Shown piece after piece: positions 1-6,925 of a stretch of DNA of 30,992 bases. The notes below the pieces were generated by a model. It was not told the DNA's origin, made no database searches, and worked only from the letters and a program-made list of their open reading frames with translations. Position 1 is the first letter of the stretch, and every line of letters begins with the position of its first letter. The translations under genes and the position numbers were made by a program. This stretch comes from a virus (Duplodnaviria > Caudoviricetes): positions 1 to 30,992 of IMG/VR virus record IMGVR_UViG_3300008255_000333; one strand, given 5' to 3'.

Positions 1-455
1 ACCGCTATTAACTCGTTGACTTCCTTTCCCGCGTCCGCTTCAGCGGTCGCAGTATAATCCTCTATTTTATTCCTAACTCTTTTATTACTATCTTTGGTTA
101 TTACCAATGCGCCCCCTTTGGTTTTTACCAATGCGCCCTTTGGTTTTTTCCTAAGGGGTTCTGCCGCTGCTAGCCAGATTTTCCTTTGATTTCCGTTGGT
201 TATTTCTGTCTGGAGCCAGCCCTCCTCCTCTAATTCTTTGATTAACTCGCTGATCCTACTTGCGTCTTTCTTTCCTCGGCGCTTGGCTAGGTATTCGTTG
301 GAGGCGAAGCAGTAGCCCGTGTTTAATGTCAGCGTCGTTATAATTCCGTAAAGCAAAGCCTTGGCGTCATTTCCTCCCTCTGCTAATGGGGCGGGGACGA
401 TGTAGTAAAAACCTTGACGGCCGCTGTTTTCCTGTGATAAAGTGTCTTTAGTCAT
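1..455 (-). CDS. Phage replication initiator, N-terminal winged-helix part (runs off the window start)
   Basis: Not in the ORF track. ATG at 455 gives MTKDTLSQENSGRQGFYYIVPAPLAEGGNDAKALLYGIITTLTLNTGYCFASNEYLAKRRGKKDASRISELIKELEEEGWL..., open to base 1. GYCFASNEYLA plus the LEEEGWL helix is typical of HTH-type phage initiators. Confidence 0.8.
   Translation of the reverse strand, partial: MTKDTLSQENSGRQGFYYIVPAPLAEGGNDAKALLYGIITTLTLNTGYCFASNEYLAKRRGKKDASRISELIKELEEEGWLQTEITNGNQRKIWLAAAEPLRKKPKGALVKTKGGALVITKDSNKRVRNKIEDYTATAEADAGKEVNELIA
92..159. repeat. Iteron-like repeats inside the initiator gene (putative origin of replication)
   Basis: Three units start CTTTGGT at 92, 116 and 138. The first two contain the palindrome TTGGT-N4-ACCAA followed by TGCGCCC. 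An AT-rich tract (61-91) is adjacent. Confidence 0.65.
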
Positions 456-474
456 ACTCGTTTTGTTAGTTTTT

Positions 475-506
475 AAAGAGCCACCCAGTCGCAGGGCGGC
501 TCTTTT
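475..506 (-). terminator. Stem-loop upstream of the initiator gene (weak or bidirectional terminator, or attenuator)
   Basis: Minus strand AAAGAGCCGCCC-TGCGACT-GGGTGGCTCTTT, with a G-U pair on this strand and only a short U-tract. Confidence 0.5.
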
Positions 507-514
507 TTATTTTA

Positions 515-775
515 TCATTTTTTGCCCTCGGCTGTAAGTGCTGAATTGTCGGCCTTTTGTTGATATTCTGTTGACAAGTTGTGTAAGGCTTGCCCTGTTA
601 TGCTGTTAATGGTTCGCAGCGCTTCGCCTTGCCCTATTTCTATGGCATAAACCGAGAGGGTGGCTTCTTTTGTATCGTCTTTGAGGACGATGTGCGCTAG
701 TGCTTGTGGCCGTCCTTGTAGCGCTGCCACTGTTAATTCTTTAACGGCTCGCAGATAAACTTTTAGCTTTTTCAT
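515..775 (-). CDS. Hypothetical protein (86 aa)
   Basis: ORF tightly packed in the operon with an A-rich start context. Confidence 0.6.
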   Translation of the reverse strand: MKKLKVYLRAVKELTVAALQGRPQALAHIVLKDDTKEATLSVYAIEIGQGEALRTINSITGQALHNLSTEYQQKADNSALTAEGKK

Positions 776-779
776 ATTT

Positions 780-1613
780 TTAGAATTTGTCGTACTTCTT
801 GCGCCAGTTATAAACCCCTAGGCAGCAGAGGAACGCTTGATAATCTTCTTCTATTGTGTTTTCTTCCGCGTCGACTTCGCGGGCTTCAAATAAAACGAAC
901 GGCGGGATCTTACTGTCGTCGGCCGTTTTCTTTTTCATTCTTGTGTAGTATTCCTCCTCTGTTTCTTTGCTTAGTCTTAAAATAACCCGCCCCGCGTATT
1001 CTCTGCCTGTTTCTTCTTGGTCTGCTTTTAGGTAGGCAGCGGTTTGAATGTTGTACTCTGGGTAGATAGCGTTGCCTGTTTTTATGTCTAAGAGGTAGAG
1101 CTTGCCGTCTTTTTCGGCGGTGATGTCTAATGTCCCGACGTAGCCGTGCTGGCGGCTGTAGACAATTTTTTCAGTTTCTAAAAGTTTGAAGCCTGAGCTG
1201 TCTAGCCACTTAATAAAGTTATTGACGCCCTCGGCCACTCTGTCGTCCTCTGGCATTTCTGGTGCTTCGCCTTTTATAAAACTTTCGACCCACGCGTGGA
1301 TCGCGCTGCCGATTTCTGCTGCTAGGTCGCGCTTGTCAGCGGCGGCCGTTTTTGCTTCTGCTAGAACCTCTTTGATTTCGCTTTCGTTCTGGGCTTGAAT
1401 TAACCGCTCTTTGTTGGCCAGGAGGCTGGCTATTGTTTCGTTCAGTTGCCAAGCCATGAGCACTGTTGACTTGTCGTAGGCTTTGCCGATTATGGTTGTG
1501 ACGCCCGTTAGTCTTTTTTTCTTTTCCCCTAGAAGCCAGTACGAATGACTGGCTTCTTTGAAATCTATTTGCACCTCCCCTTGGTAGAGGCTTATTGTTT
1601 TTGTTTCGTCCAT
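780..1613 (-). CDS. PD-(D/E)XK (Cas4/RecB-like) exonuclease, probable partner of the SSAP
   Basis: Motifs GVTTI, GSAIHAWVE, E..YVGTLD..LLDIKTG..QTAAY. Lies close to the Bet gene. Confidence 0.85.
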   Translation of the reverse strand: MDETKTISLYQGEVQIDFKEASHSYWLLGEKKKRLTGVTTIIGKAYDKSTVLMAWQLNETIASLLANKERLIQAQNESEIKEVLAEAKTAAADKRDLAAEIGSAIHAWVESFIKGEAPEMPEDDRVAEGVNNFIKWLDSSGFKLLETEKIVYSRQHGYVGTLDITAEKDGKLYLLDIKTGNAIYPEYNIQTAAYLKADQEETGREYAGRVILRLSKETEEEYYTRMKKKTADDSKIPPFVLFEAREVDAEENTIEEDYQAFLCCLGVYNWRKKYDKF

Positions 1614-1630
1614 AGTTATTTTTTTAATTT

Positions 1631-1912
1631 TTAAGCACTTACCCTTGCTATTCTTGCTCTCGCTACTCTTATGGCGTGCGGAGTGCGTCTTTTGCCAAAT
1701 TCTTTTACAAGTCCTTTTTGTATCTTGATTATGGCTTTTTCTTTGTTGGCAGCCAAGTAGTTTATTTCTGCGTCTGTCCAGCGTTTGCGCGTGGTGCGCT
1801 CGCGTACCCCAGCCGCTAAGGGTTCGCGGCTTTTTCCTATTTCCTTGACTAATCTTGCGATTTCTTTGACGTCGTTGCTTTCAAGAATGACGCCGTTAAT
1901 TGTTAGCTTCAT
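1631..1912 (-). CDS. Small basic protein, possible Myb/HTH-like DNA-binding domain
   Basis: RKRWTDAEINYL...RTPHAIRV pattern. Confidence 0.55.
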   Translation of the reverse strand: MKLTINGVILESNDVKEIARLVKEIGKSREPLAAGVRERTTRKRWTDAEINYLAANKEKAIIKIQKGLVKEFGKRRTPHAIRVARARIARVSA

Positions 1913-1952
1913 AGTTGTGTGGTTAGTTTTTAATTGTTCCTTGAGGAACTTT

Positions 1953-2828
1953 TTAGCGTCTGGCTGCGTCTTGCTCTGCCTTGACTGTCTTTTGGGCTTC
2001 TCTGCTTAATGGCATTTTGTAGAAGCGCATGCTGTAGTCGTACTCGGCTTGGGTAATCTTTACCCCTGTGATCGCACACTTTAGCTGGTCGTCGTTCTTT
2101 TCTTCTATTTCGCCCTCTACGGCCTCTCTGGCTTGTTCGGGACTTACTGGCACGTATTCTGGCTCTACGTCGTCCTGAGGGGTGGTTTCTAGCTCTTGGG
2201 GAGCTTCTGTTGGTTTAGTTGGGGTGGTTGCTGGCGCTATTGGCATTTGGTTGTCTGCCTGCTGCATTTCCTCGTTGGTATAAATTCCGCTTAGGTCGTT
2301 CGGGAACGCTTTGCGTAAAGCTAAAGCCTCGGCGCACTTGGCAAGCATAAGGTATGGCATTTTTTCCCAGAGCCCCATTGGTTTTGTTTGCCCTTGGTAG
2401 GTTCTGGTCTGGCAGTACTCGCTCCAGCGAGCGCTGGCTGTAAATGCTACCCTGTTTCCTGCCACCATTCTGTAAACTGTGACTGTAGCCTTGTTCGGGT
2501 GTGCGTTTTCTTCGCTGTCGTAGGTTGCGTCGTCAATTCCCGCTAGGGTGTTTGTTCTTTCGGCAATGGCTCGGTAGCCGTCAATGCCTGTTTGAATGCT
2601 AGCTATTTCCGTGTAGCTGCCGTCCATATTTCTGCTCTTTCTCTTGACGAAGTGAATTTGTTTTGTTAGCGGGTCTAGGCCTGCTTTCTTGGCTACTGCC
2701 ATAAAGTAGCGCAGCTCGTCTACTGTCGCTCCTTTTGCTATGGCGTTCGTGATAACGCTCAGTTGGTTGGCTGTCATTCCAAACTCTTTGCTTAAAGCGT
2801 TGATGTTGGTTGTCGTTAGTTGTGTCAT
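1953..2828 (-). CDS. bet: Phage recombination protein Bet (RecT/Redbeta-family single-strand annealing protein)
   Basis: GLDPLTKQIHFVKR, IQTGIDGYRAIAERT, WEKMPYLMLAKCAEALALRKAFP. Confidence 0.92.
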   Translation of the reverse strand: MTQLTTTNINALSKEFGMTANQLSVITNAIAKGATVDELRYFMAVAKKAGLDPLTKQIHFVKRKSRNMDGSYTEIASIQTGIDGYRAIAERTNTLAGIDDATYDSEENAHPNKATVTVYRMVAGNRVAFTASARWSEYCQTRTYQGQTKPMGLWEKMPYLMLAKCAEALALRKAFPNDLSGIYTNEEMQQADNQMPIAPATTPTKPTEAPQELETTPQDDVEPEYVPVSPEQAREAVEGEIEEKNDDQLKCAITGVKITQAEYDYSMRFYKMPLSREAQKTVKAEQDAARR

Positions 2829-2892
2829 AGTTGTTTTGACTTATTTTATTAAAAGTGATACTCTTTTGGTGTGTTGGTTAGTTAGTTTGTCG

Positions 2893-2928
2893 GCAAACTC
2901 CGCTCTAAAAGGCGGGGTTTGTTTTTTT
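2893..2928 (+). terminator. Intrinsic terminator-like hairpin, best formed on the + (antisense) strand
   Basis: CAAACTCCGC-loop-GCGGGGTTTG followed by a run of T. The U-G wobble and U-tract exist only on the + strand. Confidence 0.5.
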
Positions 2929-3115
2929 ATTCGCTAACCTTGTACCCGTGCTTTTTGAGGACTTCGTAAATGGTAGCCCTATGCGGAACTTTGAAGCCCT
3001 CGTTGTCCATAAGAATTAGGATCTCGTGCACCTTGTAGCCCTCTGCCCTTTTCTTCAGGACGAACCTGTCGCGTTCCGTCATGTCTATGTCTTTGATTTT
3101 TTCTTTCTTGTTCAT
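2927..3115 (-). CDS. Small helix-turn-helix protein, candidate transcriptional regulator
   Basis: 62 aa: ERDRFVLKKRAEGYKVHEIL...HRATIYEVLKK. Has its own promoter at 3160-3188. Confidence 0.65.
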   Translation of the reverse strand: MNKKEKIKDIDMTERDRFVLKKRAEGYKVHEILILMDNEGFKVPHRATIYEVLKKHGYKVSE

Positions 3116-3122
3116 AGGTGTT

Positions 3123-3401
3123 TTAATTGTTTTTATTAAGCTCTCGACCTTTCTTTGTTATTTTAGCTGTTTGTCGTTCGTCTGTCAAATTGCTGTTTAT
3201 CAAGTCCAGCACTTCGGCCACCTCTTTGTCATTTTTGCTCTGGCTGAAAAGGCTAGGTTGGTTCTCTGGTATTTGGTTTTTTCGGCACTTGGCGCAAACC
3301 TCGCCTATTGCTCTTACGTATACCAGCGAGCCTCGTTTCTTGTGGCAGGCGGCGCAGGTGTAAACGTAAAGGGCGCGGCGTTTTGTTTTTCGTGTTTTCA
3401 T
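3123..3401 (-). CDS. Hypothetical Zn-finger protein
   Basis: CAAC...CAKC. ATGA overlap with the upstream ORF. Confidence 0.6.
   Translation of the reverse strand: MKTRKTKRRALYVYTCAACHKKRGSLVYVRAIGEVCAKCRKNQIPENQPSLFSQSKNDKEVAEVLDLINSNLTDERQTAKITKKGRELNKNN
3160..3188 (-). promoter_or_regulatory. Sigma70-type promoter upstream of the HTH gene
   Basis: TTGACA-GACGAACGACAAACAGC (17 bp)-TAAAAT. Confidence 0.7.
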
Positions 3402-3541
3402 ATTCCTTGGAGGGCGACGAGCTTTTTTAATTGTCGCGCGTCTTTCCTTTTTAGATTTTTTTCTTCTTCTGTTTCGGCTGGTTCTTCGCTCCCTATTGGG
3501 TAGCCGTGAAGCTCAGCCCATTCTTGTAATGATTGGCTCAT
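3398..3541 (-). CDS. Hypothetical protein (47 aa, below the ORF-track cutoff)
   Basis: MSQSLQEWAELHGYPIGSEEPAETEEEKNLKRKDARQLKKLVALQGI. ATGA overlaps at both ends. Confidence 0.65.
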   Translation of the reverse strand: MSQSLQEWAELHGYPIGSEEPAETEEEKNLKRKDARQLKKLVALQGI

Positions 3542-3681
3542 AAGTTTTTGTAAGCGTTAACTGCGCCGAGGGCGACCTTGATCACCTCCTCTTTTGGCAG
3601 TTGCTCGTAGTCCGTGTCTATTAACGTCCCGAGCAGGTTTGTAAAAAGTTTTTTAGCTGTTGGTAGTTGTTCTTGTGTCAT
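3538..3681 (-). CDS. Hypothetical protein (47 aa, below the ORF-track cutoff)
   Basis: MTQEQLPTAKKLFTNLLGTLIDTDYEQLPKEEVIKVALGAVNAYKNL. Fills the gap exactly, with an ATGA overlap. Confidence 0.65.
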   Translation of the reverse strand: MTQEQLPTAKKLFTNLLGTLIDTDYEQLPKEEVIKVALGAVNAYKNL

Positions 3682-3685
3682 AAAT

Positions 3686-3988
3686 CTATTTTTTAATTTT
3701 GAATTGTAGCGCCCCGCTTTTTATTAGTCCGCTCACTACGTAGTGCTTTTGCTCTTTTGTCATTTTCTTTAGCTTCTGTTGGTTCTCTGGTTTGAGGTCT
3801 GGGAGGACGTTTGCTATCGCCTCCTCTACGAATGCTTCCTCTTTTTTCTGCTGCCAGTTTTGGCAGTCCTGACAAATGCCGTAGCCTGCGTCTTGGTCTT
3901 GGTCTTGATACCCCTCCCACGTGTAGAAGCCGAGGCCGCAGCACCCGCAGACGAGGTATTTTTTTCTGTGTTGTTTTTCGTCGCTCAT
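3686..3988 (-). CDS. Hypothetical Cys-rich (Zn-binding) protein
   Basis: CGCCG...GYGICQDC. Confidence 0.65.
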   Translation of the reverse strand: MSDEKQHRKKYLVCGCCGLGFYTWEGYQDQDQDAGYGICQDCQNWQQKKEEAFVEEAIANVLPDLKPENQQKLKKMTKEQKHYVVSGLIKSGALQFKIKK

Positions 3989-3992
3989 ATTT

Positions 3993-4310
3993 TTAATTGT
4001 TTAGTGCTTTCGGGCAGACCTTGCTTATTGGCTGCTCCGTGAAGTGTAAGTCGCGCTCAATTCCTAAGCCGAAGCGTCCCGTGAATTCTTGTAGCTCGGC
4101 TAAGCTAAAGTAGCCCCATTCGTCGTTGTGGTCGTTGAAAAGGGAAACGAAGCCGAAGAATGCCTGCTCGGTTGGGTCGTATTCTGTGGCGTACCAGTAG
4201 CCGATACCTGTTGGGTTGAAAAACTTAGCGACCACTATCGGGTCTGCTATTTCTTGCTGGCTTCCAATTTGGCGGAAGCGTTCCTCTAATTCTTTTGTTA
4301 GTAATTTCAT
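3993..4310 (-). CDS. DUF2958-family protein
   Basis: DPIVVAKFFNP..WYATEYDP..FFGFV..EWGYFSLAEL..IERDLHF. Confidence 0.85.
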   Translation of the reverse strand: MKLLTKELEERFRQIGSQQEIADPIVVAKFFNPTGIGYWYATEYDPTEQAFFGFVSLFNDHNDEWGYFSLAELQEFTGRFGLGIERDLHFTEQPISKVCPKALNN

Positions 4311-4317
4311 AAGTGTG

Positions 4318-4566
4318 TTAGTTAGTTTTTATTAAAAAGCGGCCGAGCAGCATTCCCGCTGCCGCGAAGCCGTTGCTGAATAACCAGTCCGCGTCTACTT
4401 CCATTTCTCTTAATGTCTTAATGGTTGCGGCCACCTCTGGCACGTCTGGGAACTTTTCCATGTCTATTGCCTCGCGTCCGTAGTTGTTAATTGTTGGCAC
4501 TTTCTTTTGGTCTAACTTCCCGAGTTTATCAAGTAATTTTTTAACTTCCACTTTTTTGTTTGTCAT
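4318..4566 (-). CDS. Hypothetical protein
   Basis: ORF in the early operon with an ATG start. Confidence 0.6.
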   Translation of the reverse strand: MTNKKVEVKKLLDKLGKLDQKKVPTINNYGREAIDMEKFPDVPEVAATIKTLREMEVDADWLFSNGFAAAGMLLGRFLIKTN

Positions 4567-4577
4567 ATTTGTGTTGC

Positions 4578-4808
4578 TTAGTTTTTAATCTCTACCCCCA
4601 GCGCGGAGCAGCGCTCCACTGTTTCTGGGCTCGCTTCAAAAAGCGAGTAGTTGGCTTCGTAATTCTGCCACTTGTAGCAGTCTATTTTTTCCTGCTTCTT
4701 TAGGCCTGTGTTAAGGGCGAAAAGAAAAGCGGCAAAAAGTAGAAGCCCTGCGATCACTTGCCAGACTGTTTCGGCGCTGGCGTTCCGTGTTGGTTTTCTT
4801 TCTCTCAT
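4578..4808 (-). CDS. Small single-pass membrane protein, first gene after the strong promoter
   Basis: Hydrophobic VWQVIAGLLLFAAFLFAL, then a short domain with two Cys. Confidence 0.65.
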   Translation of the reverse strand: MRERKPTRNASAETVWQVIAGLLLFAAFLFALNTGLKKQEKIDCYKWQNYEANYSLFEASPETVERCSALGVEIKN

Positions 4809-4832
4809 ACTTGTCGCGTTAGTTTGTTAGTT

Positions 4833-4922
4833 GAAGTCTTGAGGGGCTTTTGGTTTTTCGCTGGTTGCCGTGCTGCTTTGAGCCGTGCTGTGGGCTTAGC
4901 CTTTTCGCCCCTCTTGATCTTC
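4833..4922 (-). promoter_or_regulatory. Structured 5' leader of the early transcript
   Basis: GAAG-A-TC-AA-GAGGGGC pairs with GCCCCTC-AA-GA-CTTC and encloses two copies of CAGCACGGC. Confidence 0.5.
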
Positions 4923-4930
4923 GTACTTAA

Positions 4931-4959
4931 ATTATAACGGACTGTCGTTTCTTTGTCAA
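4931..4959 (-). promoter_or_regulatory. Perfect-consensus sigma70 promoter (major early promoter)
   Basis: TTGACA-17 bp-TATAAT. Confidence 0.9.
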
Positions 4960-4978
4960 ATGCCTGTCGTGCCTGTCC

Positions 4979-4987
4979 TGTGGATAA
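4979..4987 (-). promoter_or_regulatory. Consensus DnaA box
   Basis: TTATCCACA, 19 bp upstream of the -35 element. Confidence 0.6.
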
Positions 4988-5017
4988 ATAAAAACAAGCC
5001 GTGTTTACGGCCTGTTT
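4986..5017 (-). terminator. Intrinsic terminator ending the late/lysis operon
   Basis: AAACAGGCCGT-AAAC-ACGGCTTGTTTTTATTT after the endolysin. Confidence 0.75.
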
Positions 5018-5048
5018 CTACGTCTATTATCGGATGTTTTGTGTCGTT

Positions 5049-5660
5049 TTATGCCGACTGTATTTTGTCTAAGTCGGTCTTTTTAATTCCGAGCACTACC
5101 CCGTAATCAATAACGAATTGTTCCATGGCCACGCCTGCTGGTACGTTGACTTTTCTTCCGTTCTTTATGTAGTAAACTTTCCCGCCCTCGTCCACACTCA
5201 ATAAAAACTTACCCTCTAATCTGGCCGCTAGGGCTGCGTCGTAAGTTTTCAAAAGGTCGGCCGCCCACGTGTTGCTTAACTTATTACCGAAGCACGACTT
5301 CGGCGCAAATGTTCTATGCGGCACTATCTTGTTTGCTGGAATTTTCCAGCGCTTGGTTAGCTCTTGGAGTAATTTACGCAGGGCTTCTGTTTGTTCTTTG
5401 GTTGGAAGCTCCGCGTCAAAGTTTCCGTCTAGGGCTATGCCTATGCTCTTGCTGTTCATTCCTTGTTGGTAGCAATGCGCGCCGTCGGTTGTTTCTCTGC
5501 GGCCTGTGTAAACTTTACCCGCTTTGTTTATCTCGTAATGGTAGCCGATGTCGCCCCAGCCGAGGCCGATGTGGTATCTTTTTGTCGCGGCGAATTGGTC
5601 GGGGTTTTTATCGTAGCTTACCGCTGTGTGGTGCACTATGATGTATTCTGGTTTGTTCAT
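5049..5660 (-). CDS. Endolysin, N-acetylmuramoyl-L-alanine amidase (Amidase_2/T7 lysozyme-like) with a C-terminal extra domain
   Basis: IIVHHT, GWGDIGYHY, GAHC..N..SIGIAL.GNF, PHR...KSC zinc ligands. Confidence 0.93.
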   Translation of the reverse strand: MNKPEYIIVHHTAVSYDKNPDQFAATKRYHIGLGWGDIGYHYEINKAGKVYTGRRETTDGAHCYQQGMNSKSIGIALDGNFDAELPTKEQTEALRKLLQELTKRWKIPANKIVPHRTFAPKSCFGNKLSNTWAADLLKTYDAALAARLEGKFLLSVDEGGKVYYIKNGRKVNVPAGVAMEQFVIDYGVVLGIKKTDLDKIQSA

Positions 5661-5671
5661 AAGTTTAGATT

Positions 5672-5703
5672 AAAAAAGAGCCCCGAGGGTTTCGAGGCTC
5701 TTT
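5672..5703 (-). terminator. Intrinsic terminator directly upstream of the endolysin
   Basis: AAAGAGCCTCGA-AACCC-TCGGGGCTCTTTTTT. Confidence 0.8.
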
Positions 5704-5709
5704 CTGTTT

Positions 5710-5985
5710 TTATTCTACTGAAGCCTCAGGGGTTGGTTCTACTGCTTCTACTGGGTCGCCGACAAAATCGGCAGCCAAGTTTTCGCGGTAGACTGCTCCG
5801 CCCTTGTACATTTCAGGAATGCCGCGGAAATAAACGGGACTGAATGGGTCGTCGTTTACGTGCACTTCTAAAATTGTAGCTTCTGCCCCGTCAGCCATTG
5901 TGATCGGGTAGGCTCTTTGCCACGTAGTCTTTGGCTTGTCGCCGTTGGCACGTGGGTCGTTGCCTTGAATTGGGAAGTTTTCCAT
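5710..5985 (-). CDS. Acidic hypothetical protein (91 aa), moron-like
   Basis: Probable start is the ATG at 5985 (MENFPIQ). Flanked by its own promoter and terminator. Confidence 0.65.
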   Translation of the reverse strand: MENFPIQGNDPRANGDKPKTTWQRAYPITMADGAEATILEVHVNDDPFSPVYFRGIPEMYKGGAVYRENLAADFVGDPVEAVEPTPEASVE

Positions 5986-6037
5986 ATGGTTTGTTAATTT
6001 TACCCGTCCGCTTAAGTCGGACTTATTGGTTAGTTTA

Positions 6038-6066
6038 ATTTTACCTTTTTTTCGTCTTGGCGTCAA
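6038..6066 (-). promoter_or_regulatory. Sigma70-type promoter for the 5710-5985 gene
   Basis: TTGACG-17 bp-TAAAAT in the intergenic gap. Confidence 0.65.
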
Positions 6067-6073
6067 CCTGCTG

Positions 6074-6310
6074 TCAAAGCCCTAGGTCGCTTAGATAAGT
6101 TTTGTTGATCCACTTCGTTGTGTAATTAAGCGCTGCGATTATCATTGGAGCGTATTGCCACTGTACGTCGCCTAATTGAATTATCGCAAGCGTCAGGAAG
6201 CCGTTGAGTGTTTGCCACGCAAAGGTTTTGAATTTCTTGCTTGTAAAAAGTTTTACGAAGAAGTCCTTGACCGCTGTTAGGGGAGCGGTTGCCCCTGTTT
6301 GTTTTTTCAT
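6074..6310 (-). CDS. Putative holin-like small membrane protein
   Basis: Two moderately hydrophobic segments, positioned between the tail genes and the amidase. Confidence 0.5.
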   Translation of the reverse strand: MKKQTGATAPLTAVKDFFVKLFTSKKFKTFAWQTLNGFLTLAIIQLGDVQWQYAPMIIAALNYTTKWINKTYLSDLGL

Positions 6311-6320
6311 ATTTGTTTAG

Positions 6321-6620
6321 TTATTTTTTCGGTAGCCTTTCTTCTAAAATTGTGAATAGTTTTTCTTGTCCCATTTCTAGCGAACGGACGCTTTCCTCGA
6401 TGTGCCGCAGGTGGTTGTTTTTAATTGCTGAGATTTCTGCGTTAATGCTCGCGGTCATTTCGTCTAGCGCTGAGTGTTTCATTCCGCAGCCTTGTTTTAG
6501 TAAAGCGATTTCTTTCTCGGCGTCCTCGTCTGGTTTCCTGAAGTACTGATAAACTGCGAATAAAACCCCTAGTAGCGTTAGCCCTTGTAAAATTAAAGAT
6601 GTGATTTTTTCTACTTCCAT
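6321..6620 (-). CDS. Membrane-anchored coiled-coil protein of the lysis module
   Basis: N-terminal TM segment (LILQGLTLLGVLFAVY), then a helical region containing NNHLRHIE. Confidence 0.55.
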   Translation of the reverse strand: MEVEKITSLILQGLTLLGVLFAVYQYFRKPDEDAEKEIALLKQGCGMKHSALDEMTASINAEISAIKNNHLRHIEESVRSLEMGQEKLFTILEERLPKK

Positions 6621-6652
6621 AAGGTCTTATTTTTAGTTTTCTTTTGTTTTTG

Positions 6653-6677
6653 TAGGCCGAGTTTTTTTCTCGGCCTA
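6653..6677. other. Perfect 9-bp hairpin overlapping the HNH stop codon
   Basis: TAGGCCGAG-T7-CTCGGCCTA. No downstream U-tract on the minus strand. Confidence 0.45.
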
Positions 6678-6905
6678 TTGGTTTTGTAGCCAGTCCTCTG
6701 CGCTTATGAAACCTCCCCTTACTTGAAACAAGACCTCGTTTAGGTATTGGATCACTTCGTCTGGGGTTAGGTTGCTAAAGAGCGTATGGTAGGCTTGGTG
6801 CTTTTTTTCGGGAATTCTTTTTATATTCCCTTTTGTTTTTTGACCTCCTCTACTTTTTGGTAGTATGTGGTGGTCGGTTAGGGCGTTGCAGTTTTTTCGT
6901 TTCAT
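6675..6905 (-). CDS. Minimal HNH endonuclease-like protein
   Basis: DHHILPKSRGG...GNI......H...H. Confidence 0.75.
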   Translation of the reverse strand: MKRKNCNALTDHHILPKSRGGQKTKGNIKRIPEKKHQAYHTLFSNLTPDEVIQYLNEVLFQVRGGFISAEDWLQNQ

Positions 6906-6925
6906 TTCTCATTCCCTTTCTTTAT

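Noticed and set aside
569-586. Second DnaA-box cluster or a plus-strand promoter at TTGACA 571
   Set aside because: Two or more mismatches to the DnaA box, and no -10 element at proper spacing.
780-1613. Cas4-like nuclease as a sign of a CRISPR system
   Set aside because: No repeat-spacer array or other cas genes. The nearby Bet gene indicates a recombination exonuclease.
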